Shown piece by piece: positions 33,882-44,442 of a stretch of DNA of 64,000 bases. Location: contig JAAYAW010000079.1 of assembly GCA_012719135.1 (NCBI GenBank), positions 9,723 to 73,722 of the forward strand, read 5' to 3'. The notes under the pieces are model-generated. The model had not been told where the DNA came from and did not search any database. It saw only the letters and a list, made by a program, of their open reading frames with translations. The translations under genes were made by a program, and so were the position numbers. Each line of letters opens with the position of its first letter. Within the stretch, counting starts at the first letter, position 1. This DNA comes from Chloroflexota bacterium (GTDB lineage Bacteria > Chloroflexota > Anaerolineae > UBA1429).

Positions 33882-34154
33882 CTATAGCCCAAACAGCTGT
33901 GCGAACGGGTTGGCAAAGAGAAGGATAAGGCAGACAAGCAGCACGTAGATGGCGGTGGACTCGAGCAGAGCCAGAGTCACAAAGAGCAGCCCGCGGATTC
34001 GATCCGCAACGCTGGGCTGGCGGGCCATGTTGTCAAAGGCCCGGTTAACGGCACGGCCTTCCACGATGGCTGCCGTGATCGTGCCCAGCACGATGGCGGC
34101 GCCGACAACGATGGTCGTCACATTCGCGAACTGAAGGATCTGCTCGGGTTGCAT
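33882..34154 (-). CDS. atpE: N-type ATPase c subunit, Na+-binding signature
   Basis: E32 in helix 1, RQP loop, E65-S66-T67-x-x-Y70 and a C-terminal LLFANPF. Confidence 0.95.
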   Translation of the reverse strand: MQPEQILQFANVTTIVVGAAIVLGTITAAIVEGRAVNRAFDNMARQPSVADRIRGLLFVTLALLESTAIYVLLVCLILLFANPFAQLFGL

Positions 34155-34192
34155 ATACTGGTTCCTCTCTTGTTCAAGATGGAGATCGCCGG

Positions 34193-34861
34193 TCAGTCAT
34201 CAAGCCTCATGGCGTCGGCCACAAATACGATAGTGAGCACCGTGAAAACCAGGGCCTGGAGCAGCCCGGTGATCATGGAGAGCAGGTTCATCGGCAGAGG
34301 CACGAGTAGCGGCACCAGCGAGAACATCGTCAAGCCAACGATCTCACCGGCGATCACGTTTCCAAAGAGACGCAAGGCCATGGAGAGGGTACGGCTCAAC
34401 AGACTGATGAGATTCAGCGGCGCCATCAGGGCGACCGGTTCAAAGATGCTCAGGGCCTGTCCTTTGATACCCCGCTTCGTTGCGCCAAAGTACTGCGTCG
34501 AAATGAGCGAGATGATCGACAGGGCCGCCGTCGTGTTGATATCTCTGGTGGGAGATCTCAGCGCCGGGATCAGACCCATGACGTTGCAGAGCGCGATATA
34601 GACGATCATCGTCGTCAGATACGGAACCGTTGAGGGCAGCGTCCGGCCGATCGTGTCATGGATCAAGCCTTCGACATACTCGACGACGTATTCTATGGCG
34701 AGTTGCCATGTCCCGGGATTTGCCGCCCGGTAGCGCCGGTAGGCGATGATGCTGGCGAGCGTCACAACGACCAGGATGACCCAGGTGTAGAACACAGAGT
34801 CTCTGATCGGCAGGTCGCCGATCGTGAGAACCACCTGCGGAAACGCGGCTTCAATGCCCAC
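34193..34861 (-). CDS. atpB: N-type ATPase a subunit
   Basis: SPTRDINTTAAL, SRTLSMALRLFGN and LQALVFTVL motifs. Confidence 0.93.
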   Translation of the reverse strand: MGIEAAFPQVVLTIGDLPIRDSVFYTWVILVVVTLASIIAYRRYRAANPGTWQLAIEYVVEYVEGLIHDTIGRTLPSTVPYLTTMIVYIALCNVMGLIPALRSPTRDINTTAALSIISLISTQYFGATKRGIKGQALSIFEPVALMAPLNLISLLSRTLSMALRLFGNVIAGEIVGLTMFSLVPLLVPLPMNLLSMITGLLQALVFTVLTIVFVADAMRLDD

Positions 34862-34878
34862 TTGCGTATCCTATCCAC

Positions 34879-35157
34879 CTAACGAACATCAGGTCGAGCC
34901 CGACTGATGATGAGAGCGCGACCGATCAGGAGGCTGCTGAGAGCCCCCACACACGCAGCCAGGCCCATCTGGGCCACGGCATAGAGAACCGGGGTCCAAA
35001 GGATTATGCGTAGCGGAGCCGACCCGGCGAGCCTGATCGTCCTATGTTCCGGCCCACCACACGCCCTGCGTATGGCCTGGTGCAAGAGAAACATGTGCAG
35101 GGCAATGGCGGCACCCCCCAGGGCCAATCCTTGGATCAGCTGCGCCAGAGGCGTCAC
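34879..35157 (-). CDS. Small membrane protein, probable N-ATPase AtpR
   Basis: 92 aa with 3 hydrophobic segments, in the atpR position of the atpDCQRBEFAG order. Confidence 0.65.
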   Translation of the reverse strand: MTPLAQLIQGLALGGAAIALHMFLLHQAIRRACGGPEHRTIRLAGSAPLRIILWTPVLYAVAQMGLAACVGALSSLLIGRALIISRARPDVR

Positions 35158-35521
35158 TCTCCGGTCTCCTGGATACTCTCCAGCACGCTATCGCCGATCA
35201 CCTCCCGGAGAGCAGCCTCCATCTCGTCTACCAGTTGTTCACGATCCTCTGCCGCGCGCTCGCCGGGCTCGGCGAGAAGGAGGACGCAATGTGTCTCATC
35301 GATCACAAGCACACCTGGGCCCGGGGACAGAGCCTCCTCTCCGCTCTCGGTGAGGTAACGAAGCGTGCCACCGCCTACTGACGCGATGAGTGGTGCGTGT
35401 TCCGGGTAGACTCCGAGGAAACCATCCTCAAGCGGAATCTGGGCCCATCGTACGCTTCCATCAAACAGGACTTGCTCCGGTGTCAGGACCAGGAGCCACA
35501 CTCTGTCTCCCGAGCCAGTCA

Positions 35522-35522
<1 letters not shown>
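35154..35522 (-). CDS. atpC: N-type ATPase epsilon subunit
   Basis: VLTPEQVLFDG and GFLGVYPEHAPLI motifs. Confidence 0.88.
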
Positions 35523-36998
<1,476 letters not shown>

Positions 36999-37013
36999 AC
37001 CCCAGAGCCGCAG

Positions 37014-38522
37014 TCAGTCCGCGATCAGTTCCTCCAAGAGGGGGCGTCCGCGAGCTTCCGAGCCTTCGCCTGCCAGGTCCAGATGGAGACTGGTTGCTCC
37101 CAGGCCTATCACAAGCCACAGGAGGGATGAGGCATGCGGGAACACCAGGTTGAAGAGGTAGTGATCCAACATGCCTCCGGCCATCGCCCCTATGACGGCG
37201 AGGTAGAGGCCCAGCGTGGTGGCAGAGATTCGCTCTCTCGTGCGCTCAGAGAAGAGCGCACGGATGCCTGCCAACAGATGCGTGCCCACGGTAGCCAGAA
37301 AAGCCGTCAGCCCCACCAGGCCCATGTTCTCGGCAATGAGAAGATACACGTTGGATACGCCCAGATAGGTATCCACATCCGGGGTTCCCGAGAAACCGAC
37401 CCCGAACCAGGGGTAGCGGGAGATTAGGATCAGGGCATCCTTGTACTCGCCAAAGCGCATCTGCGTGGCGAGGTCTTCGCCCCGCAGCCCGCTCAGATAG
37501 TGGTCGACATAACCTTGCGTGAACGGCAGAAAGTAGATAGTCACCAACACAACAAGCGCGATCAACAGAAGGCGGCGGTAACGGAGCAGGGCCAGGCAAA
37601 AGATCGCCGCGGCAAGACCAAAGAACGAGCCTCTGGAGAAGGTGAGAATCATGCAGACCCCCATCAGGCCTACGGCCACGTAGAGCCAGGGCTTGGGGAG
37701 CACGGGGCGTGGAGAAAAGAGCTGCGCCGTGGCGATGGTGGTCACAAAGATCAGGGCGCCTCCCAGCACGTTGGGATCGATCGAGGTCGATATGGCCCGT
37801 AATGTGCCAGTGGGGTCATCCTCGATATACCGCAGGGCCTCTGCGCCGCTCGGATAGCGTAGACGGCTGAGCATCGAGAGGATGCGGATCGACCAGGCCT
37901 CCGGTAGAAAGTACAGAACGATGCCGATCGTCGCAGAGGCGGCCCCGGCTATCACCAGAGCTGTGACGACGAGCCTGAGCTGGCCGGGCGTTCTCACGGT
38001 GTTGATCGTGAGCAGAAACAGCAAGATGCTCAGCAATATCTCCACCAGGTGGCGCAGGATGTTGGCTGTGAGATCGCCGTGGCTCAGCCCGGCGATGAAG
38101 GAAAAGACAGCCAGCATGGCAAAGGCGAGCATCCCCAGCGTTGGCGAGAGAGTCACAAACTCCCTGTCTTTGTGGGCGACCACGCGGGAGATCCATACGA
38201 AGAACACTGCGCCCTGGGCGAGATCGAGGAGAGTTGGCTCAAAGCCCACATCCACGGGAAGCGCCGCGAAGGGGAGCAGCAGGATGACGCCCACAAGCAC
38301 TATCAGGCCAATCATGAGGCTGCGCAGCATCGCGTAGGCGACGACGAGCACCATGACGGCGGCGATTCCCACGGGCGCACCCAGTAGACCGACGAGAGCT
38401 CCCACTGGGAGCGCAACAGCCAGGCACATGGCGATGATCGCCGCGGCGCGCGCCCTGGCATCCGAACCGGTGAGGGCGGCCACTAGCCGTGGCGGCAGGG
38501 GCAGTATCTGGGCTATAGTCAC
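37014..38522 (-). CDS. O-antigen ligase-like (Wzy_C) membrane protein
   Basis: Polytopic protein with RA.STS.DPNVLG, LTFSRGS, R...Y, PWFGVGF and SNVYL..AENMGLVG; GTG start after the GAGGA RBS. Confidence 0.85.
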   Translation of the reverse strand: MTIAQILPLPPRLVAALTGSDARARAAAIIAMCLAVALPVGALVGLLGAPVGIAAVMVLVVAYAMLRSLMIGLIVLVGVILLLPFAALPVDVGFEPTLLDLAQGAVFFVWISRVVAHKDREFVTLSPTLGMLAFAMLAVFSFIAGLSHGDLTANILRHLVEILLSILLFLLTINTVRTPGQLRLVVTALVIAGAASATIGIVLYFLPEAWSIRILSMLSRLRYPSGAEALRYIEDDPTGTLRAISTSIDPNVLGGALIFVTTIATAQLFSPRPVLPKPWLYVAVGLMGVCMILTFSRGSFFGLAAAIFCLALLRYRRLLLIALVVLVTIYFLPFTQGYVDHYLSGLRGEDLATQMRFGEYKDALILISRYPWFGVGFSGTPDVDTYLGVSNVYLLIAENMGLVGLTAFLATVGTHLLAGIRALFSERTRERISATTLGLYLAVIGAMAGGMLDHYLFNLVFPHASSLLWLVIGLGATSLHLDLAGEGSEARGRPLLEELIAD

Positions 38523-38619
38523 TGATCTTTCCTCAAGAGTCCAGCCGCAACGTCGCTCAATGGCCCGGCGCAAGCGAGCGGACGCAGATGGAGTCTCGCT
38601 GCGCCGGCGCTACCGTCCG

Positions 38620-39711
38620 CTAGCGACGGCGGAAGACGTACTTTTGCAGCGCAACCAGAACAGCGATCATTACGACCAGCGTGATGGCCTGTTGAGAAGG
38701 CTGCCCGAACGCAACCCAGGCCAGAAAGAGCAGTACACACAGGGCGACGAGCGCTGCCCTGGCCACCCGGTTCAGCCACAAGAGATGCCACAGGGCCAGT
38801 ATGCGCATGGGCCAGGTGAGCCCTCGTGAGAGGGCTTCACGGTAGTGCGTTGTGGCCTCGCCAATCCTTCCGATGTGGGCCAGAGCGGCAGCATAGGCAT
38901 AGTGGGATTCACCCGATTCGCCTTCCGGATGCTGCAGCACCTGGGCGAGCACCTCGGCGGCTTTCTCGTAGTTCCCTCGGATGATCAACACGCGGCCGAG
39001 CGCTCCAGCCGCTCTGTGCAAGTGCGGATTTGTGGCATGGGCGCGCTCGAGGTAGTCGATGGCCTGATCGTAGTGGCGCTGGCGGGTCTCCAGGATGCCG
39101 AGGTTGGAGTAGGCCAGAGCGGCAGCATAGGGGCTCGCCTCCTCCAGTTCGATCACCTGTTGCGCGGCCTGCCTAGCCTGTTCCAGATCGTCAGCCAGCA
39201 GGTGCCGGTAGGTTTCGACGTGCCAGGCCATGGCCGAGGACTCATCCCTTTCGGGGCCGGGCGGCAGCGCCTCGATGCGCAGGCGGGCCTCTCGAATGTG
39301 TTGGTCGGCGAGGGGAAACGCCCTGCGATCGCACGCGATCTGTGCGAGCGTGAGCCACGGCTCAGGCTCGCCGTCGGCTCGCTCCAGCGCGGAACGCGAG
39401 CACGTCTCGGCGTCATCCAGTTCATCCGCGAGAAAGTGCAACATGGCCCGGGTGGCGTAGGCCTCGTACCGCGTGGGATCGATCTCCACACAATGATCGC
39501 ACGCCTCCAGCGCCTGCCCACGCTGGCGCATGCGGCTGAGCGTTCGGGCCAGACCCAACTGAGCCTCATAGGACTGCGGATATGCGTCCGCAGCCTGCCG
39601 GTAGGCAGCCAGCGCCGCGTCCAGTTGGAGCGCACGGTACGCGCTATCGGCCTCGGCCAAAAGCTGCGCTGGCGCAAGTTCGAGGGGGATATCCATGTGA
39701 GCCTCCTCCAA
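38620..39711 (-). CDS. Tetratricopeptide repeat protein with C-terminal TM helices
   Basis: Multiple TPR units (e.g. AYSNLGILE...YDQAIDYLERA) and a hydrophobic C-terminus. Confidence 0.85.
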   Translation of the reverse strand: MEEAHMDIPLELAPAQLLAEADSAYRALQLDAALAAYRQAADAYPQSYEAQLGLARTLSRMRQRGQALEACDHCVEIDPTRYEAYATRAMLHFLADELDDAETCSRSALERADGEPEPWLTLAQIACDRRAFPLADQHIREARLRIEALPPGPERDESSAMAWHVETYRHLLADDLEQARQAAQQVIELEEASPYAAALAYSNLGILETRQRHYDQAIDYLERAHATNPHLHRAAGALGRVLIIRGNYEKAAEVLAQVLQHPEGESGESHYAYAAALAHIGRIGEATTHYREALSRGLTWPMRILALWHLLWLNRVARAALVALCVLLFLAWVAFGQPSQQAITLVVMIAVLVALQKYVFRRR

Positions 39712-39968
39712 TGAGGTGGAGTATAGGCGCGAAGGGGGACGGGGACAAGGGGGCTGGAGAGTGGTCTGTGGCTACCGGAGGGCTGTGATGGCGCGAAAGC
39801 GTCAGGCGCTCGGCAGAACGCGCCGTCGATTTCCGCTGGTGTGTCCCGTACGCTATACTCGACGGGTGAAGGAGTTCAACCACGGACCTTACCCTTGTGT
39901 AGGCTCCCGTGACACGTGCTCTCTGCAGCGTCCGGTCAGCGCATCCACTGAATATTCTGGAGGCAGGC

Positions 39969-41237
39969 ATGCATGTCTGCATGATCACGTCGTCATATCC
40001 GCGAAACGCCTCGGATGGGGCCGGGATGTACGTCGGGTCTCTTGCTCGGGGGCTCGCCGCGCGGGGTCACACGGTGGAAGTGATCGCGCCATACGACCCG
40101 CTCGTGGAGCCCTCCGATTCAGGAGGCGTCCTCGTTCACCGTTTCCGATACGTGGTGGGAGACCGGCTATCGATTCTGGGACATGGACGCTCGCTTGAGG
40201 CGGATGTCAGACTGAAGGGTGCTGCGCCTTTCCTTATGCCCGCCTATATGCTTGCGGCTGGATCTTTGGCCATGCGCCTGCATCGTCGTAGTCGATTCGA
40301 TATCATTCATGGGCATTGGGCCGTCCCCGGCGGCGTGATCGCCGGCCTGGTGTCCAAGGCTACCCGCAGACCGCTGGTGATCACTCTACACGGGTCTGAC
40401 GTCTATCTGACGACGAAGAGTGGGTTCGTTGCTCGTGCTGCTCGAGTGGGGTACAACCAAGCCAGCTGCGTTACGGCAGTCAGCGCGGATCTGGCGCAAC
40501 GAGCCATCTCGGCAGGTCTGAACGAAGGCCGGTCATGTGTCGTGCCCTCAGGCGTTGCGAGTAGACGGTTCGCATCCGGTGATGGGCGGCGCATGAGAGC
40601 CGTGTTGGGGATCGATGCGAATCGTCCGGTCATCGGTGCTCTTGGCCGTCTTGTGCACAAGAAGGGGTTCTGCGACCTCGTAGACGCCATCAAGCTCGTG
40701 CGTCTGTCGCATCCAGACATCCTGTGCGTCATCGGAGGACAAGGCGACCTGGCGGAGACTCTCAGAGCGCAGGCGAGGGCCCTGGGGTTGGAGGACAGAG
40801 TTCTGCTTCCCGGCGCCATACCCTGGGAACAGGCACCGGACTTTTACGCCATGTGTGATGCCGTGGCTGTGCCGTCGGTCGTGGATCGCTGGGGAAACGT
40901 GGATGGCCTGCCGCTGGTCCTGCTCGAAGCGATGTCCAGCGGGAGGCCAGTCATCGCGACGGCGGTTGCGGGAAACACCGACGCGGTTGTAGACGGCGTG
41001 AACGGGCTACTCATTCCGCCGGCTGCGCCTGAAAGCCTTGCTGACGCACTCAACCGTGTTCTTGATGACACAGAATTGGCTTGCGAGCTGGGAGAAAACG
41101 CTCGCAGGGCAGCCGGGCTGCGCTACGATTGGGATGTTATCGTGGGAGAGTTCGAGGCCATATACAGCGACGCGCTGTCGACCTCTTCTCACGAGCGTTC
41201 CGGCGTATCCGGGGAAGCGCGCCCGACTGGTTCATAG
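39969..41237 (+). CDS. GT4 family glycosyltransferase
   Basis: HGHWAVP, VITLHGSDV, GRLVHKKG and DGLPLVLLEAMSSG motifs. Confidence 0.92.
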   Translation: MHVCMITSSYPRNASDGAGMYVGSLARGLAARGHTVEVIAPYDPLVEPSDSGGVLVHRFRYVVGDRLSILGHGRSLEADVRLKGAAPFLMPAYMLAAGSLAMRLHRRSRFDIIHGHWAVPGGVIAGLVSKATRRPLVITLHGSDVYLTTKSGFVARAARVGYNQASCVTAVSADLAQRAISAGLNEGRSCVVPSGVASRRFASGDGRRMRAVLGIDANRPVIGALGRLVHKKGFCDLVDAIKLVRLSHPDILCVIGGQGDLAETLRAQARALGLEDRVLLPGAIPWEQAPDFYAMCDAVAVPSVVDRWGNVDGLPLVLLEAMSSGRPVIATAVAGNTDAVVDGVNGLLIPPAAPESLADALNRVLDDTELACELGENARRAAGLRYDWDVIVGEFEAIYSDALSTSSHERSGVSGEARPTGS

Positions 41238-41299
41238 AGCCTTCCTCGGCGTGGGCAGCGCGCAGGATCTCACTCGACAGCACCAAATGGAGGGCGGAC

Positions 41300-42025
41300 G
41301 TGCCAAGCGCAGCAGAGCGCTATGTCCAGCGGAACCGGAGGCAGTTCAACAGCGAGCTTGCGGGCACGCGTTCCTGGCACCTCCTGTCTGCCGCATCATG
41401 GGCGCAGTACAAGGCGGTGGACGCGCGGATTCGAGCACACGCGCGAGGCGCACTCCTGGATGTCGGCTGCGGGACAAAGCCTCATGAGAGACTGCTGTTG
41501 ACGCTGGTGCAGCGGTATGACACGCTTGACGTCACAGAAGCACACGGGAGCCTTACCTACGTGGCTGACGTTCAGGACATGCCCATGGTACCCGCAGCGC
41601 ACTACGACTCTGTGTTGTGTCTTGAGGTCTTGGAGCACGTGCCTAACCCGGAGCGCGCACTGCACGAGATCGCACGCGTGCTGCGTCCGGGCGGGGTGCT
41701 TATCATGTCGGTACCTCATCTCAGCCGGCTGCATGACGAGCCCCACGATTACTATCGCTACACGCGTTACGGAATCATTGCTTTGTTGCGGAGCGCCGGC
41801 CTGGCAGTCCACTCTCTCGATGCACGCGGGGGTCTCTTTGCGTTTCTTGGACATCAGGCCTCAACAGCGCTGATTTCGCTGACGTGGGGGGTGCCAGTGA
41901 TCAAGAGATTGGCCTGGTATCTCAACATCTTGGCGCTGGTCTACCCGTGTCTCTTGCTGGATCGTCTCTTTCACACGACTCGCTACTTTCCGCTCGGCTA
42001 CGTCGTGGTCGCGACCAAGCCATGA
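41300..42025 (+). CDS. Class I SAM-dependent methyltransferase (glycan-modifying type)
   Basis: LLDVGCG, CLEVLEHVP, RVLRPGG and HDEPHDYYRYT; the start is uncertain (GTG at 41300 chosen). Confidence 0.85.
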   Translation: MPSAAERYVQRNRRQFNSELAGTRSWHLLSAASWAQYKAVDARIRAHARGALLDVGCGTKPHERLLLTLVQRYDTLDVTEAHGSLTYVADVQDMPMVPAAHYDSVLCLEVLEHVPNPERALHEIARVLRPGGVLIMSVPHLSRLHDEPHDYYRYTRYGIIALLRSAGLAVHSLDARGGLFAFLGHQASTALISLTWGVPVIKRLAWYLNILALVYPCLLLDRLFHTTRYFPLGYVVVATKP

Positions 42026-42298
42026 TCGGAGGGGAGCGACTGTGCAGGGCGCTTCCGGCGCTGTGTCGACATCGCCACGCCTTGGGTTACTGCCTCCGGC
42101 CAGTTCAGTCGGACGACCCCTACCAACCTGACGTGTAAGGCTTTTGTGCGGAGATGGCGGAGCCCAGCTGATGAATCACCCATATGGGCGATAGCTTGGC
42201 GCGTCGTTCTGCTCTACACTCAAAACAGACAGCACTGAGCGCGGGGTTCTTGCCCGCGGCGGTAATGGCGTTCGCGACCTTGGAAAGTGGAGGCGGAT

Positions 42299-43789
42299 AT
42301 GCACAAGATGCGGATACTGATCACGGTGGTCATGGCAGCACTGCTCGTTCTCTCGAGCGCGATGTCTGCCTCGGCCGGGTCCACGGCGCTGGATCTGACT
42401 ACCAACTTTACCATTGTGAATCTCGACGACACGGTGGATGGCTCCGGTGATCCGGTGCCCAACGCCGGCGAAGTCACTTTCTGGACAGAGAGCTCGCCAG
42501 GAATCTTTGAAGAGAACACCGCGTCCTTCCAGCTGGTTGGCGTGGGGGATCAGATGCAGTTCCGGCAGTACTGGTCCACGGCGCCAAACCCGGACCTGCC
42601 CGAGGGCCCTGGGTCTGCGGTTGTCGCTTCGAGCGGCAGGCTGGCGGCCATCGCTCAGATCTTTGCTAACGATCAGAATCCTACCCAGAGAGGGGCGTAC
42701 ACGGCATTCTCTGCGGGCGCTTCGCAGTTCTTCGTTCCCAACGTACAGCGGATGAACCCGACTCGCTCTGGCACCGGTAACAGCCAGATCGTCGTGCAGA
42801 ACAGCGGGTCCGGCGACGTTACTGGGGTGACGATTGACTTGGTCGCAGGAGACGGATCGCTGGTCTACACAAAGAACATCGACTCAATTGGTGCTGGCCA
42901 GTCGTTCTACTATGATCTCGCCGATGAAGACGAAGGTAATGTGCCTTCGCCATGGGTTGGATCCGCGGTCGTCCGTGCTGGGGATGGTCAGGTCGTTGTT
43001 GTGTCAAACCTGTTCACTGGGCTGACTCTCAACACCTTCAACGCCTTTGCCGACGCCGCGGCAGACACAACCGTATTCGTACCGTACTTTGCCTCCCGTC
43101 TGTCCACGATGGACGGGCCGTCCAGCACCTCTGTGAGCATCCAGAACGTCAGTGATACCGAGATACCTGCGGGCGGTCTTGTGGTCAAGTTCTATCCGAA
43201 CCCCCAGTCGCCATCGGGCAGCTATCAGGAATTCACGAACGCGGATGCCGTAGGGCCGAGCGCATCCTTCTACGTGAATCCCGTTACGGACATGACAATC
43301 CCGGCAAACATGTACGGCTCTTGTGTGATCGAGTCCACCCAGAACGTGGTGGCGATCGTTCAAGTGCGTGCAACAAGCACCGCCATGGCTGGGGCTTATG
43401 AGGCGCTCGGAGTAGCCAGCGCGTCAGAGAACGTCGTGGTCCCGCTTATCGCCAAGAGACTGGGGAATGGCCTTTCCACCAGCGTCACAGTTCAGAACGT
43501 CAGCTCGGAGGATGCTCAAGTCCTGTTGACGTATACGCCGTCAAGTGAGTATGCAGGCAGCCAGGATCCGATAGAGTTGGGCCCCTACACGATCGCCGCA
43601 GGAGCAAACCTCAACCACAATCACCGCACTCCAGGCGGCGTACCTGAGATCCCTGCCGGGTTTGTGGGATCGCTGACGATCAGCTCGGACCAGCCAGTGG
43701 TGTCGTACGTTCTGATGTCCTTTGTGAAAGACATCAACCCCAGTCTCGGGGGCGACACATACATGGCGCATGATGCGATTCCGTTCTAG
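42299..43789 (+). CDS. Secreted beta-rich protein with four repeats of about 115-120 aa (candidate S-layer or surface protein)
   Basis: Signal peptide ending ASA; repeats marked by SxxxxQN, GSxxx and GAYxA motifs; followed by a very strong hairpin. Confidence 0.75.
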   Translation: MHKMRILITVVMAALLVLSSAMSASAGSTALDLTTNFTIVNLDDTVDGSGDPVPNAGEVTFWTESSPGIFEENTASFQLVGVGDQMQFRQYWSTAPNPDLPEGPGSAVVASSGRLAAIAQIFANDQNPTQRGAYTAFSAGASQFFVPNVQRMNPTRSGTGNSQIVVQNSGSGDVTGVTIDLVAGDGSLVYTKNIDSIGAGQSFYYDLADEDEGNVPSPWVGSAVVRAGDGQVVVVSNLFTGLTLNTFNAFADAAADTTVFVPYFASRLSTMDGPSSTSVSIQNVSDTEIPAGGLVVKFYPNPQSPSGSYQEFTNADAVGPSASFYVNPVTDMTIPANMYGSCVIESTQNVVAIVQVRATSTAMAGAYEALGVASASENVVVPLIAKRLGNGLSTSVTVQNVSSEDAQVLLTYTPSSEYAGSQDPIELGPYTIAAGANLNHNHRTPGGVPEIPAGFVGSLTISSDQPVVSYVLMSFVKDINPSLGGDTYMAHDAIPF

Positions 43790-43826
43790 CTCGGCGGTTT
43801 TTCGCATGCGTTTGGGCAGATTCGTG

Positions 43827-43859
43827 ACGGGAGGAGGGGCTCTGAGCCCCTCCTCCCGT
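43827..43859 (+). terminator. Strong hairpin terminator or stabiliser after the surface-protein gene
   Basis: ACGGGAGGAGGGGCTC-t-GAGCCCCTCCTCCCGT perfect palindrome. Confidence 0.8.
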
Positions 43860-43886
43860 TCGATTTGGGCTTGTGCATCGACAGTG

Positions 43887-44438
43887 ATGCGCCGTCTCGT
43901 CATCGTGTGCTTTGTGATCTCCATCAGCGCGGTGAGTCTGTCCTGCCAGTCCCAGAGTGGTGAGCCTCCTGGGGATTCCAAGTCTACAACGCTCTCGCAG
44001 CCCTCGCCTTCGGCGGTGGCAGATAGCGAACCACGCCAGCCTGGGCCAATAGAGTGCCCTTGCCCGCTGACGGCTGACCAAGACGCGGGAGTGCCTGCGG
44101 CCGCATCTGTGGTGTACGGGTCGCTGTACTCGTTGACCACTGCTTCGCCGGTGCCTGGTACAATCGTGTTTCTGGACCGTGTCGATGAGGAGTCCCGGTC
44201 TCCTCTGCTGGCGATTGCGGGCGCTGACAGAGAGCAGGGTGATATCGTGGGGGTGACCGATGAGGCTGGCCAGCTGGGCTTTTGTGCTGTGCCGGTGGGG
44301 CAGTACTATCTCGTGGTGTGGACGGTCTATGGTTGGCTCGTGGCGCCGGACCGGGCTATCCCGGGCGAGGATCTGCTGGTTTCTGTCGGCGAACAGGCGT
44401 GTATCGATGTGGGCCGGATCGAGCTGCACTGGCCCTGA
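43887..44438 (+). CDS. Putative lipoprotein with a carboxypeptidase-regulatory-like beta domain
   Basis: Signal ending LSC; TDEAGQLGF..VPVGQYYLV. Confidence 0.65.
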   Translation: MRRLVIVCFVISISAVSLSCQSQSGEPPGDSKSTTLSQPSPSAVADSEPRQPGPIECPCPLTADQDAGVPAAASVVYGSLYSLTTASPVPGTIVFLDRVDEESRSPLLAIAGADREQGDIVGVTDEAGQLGFCAVPVGQYYLVVWTVYGWLVAPDRAIPGEDLLVSVGEQACIDVGRIELHWP

Positions 44439-44442
44439 AGCA

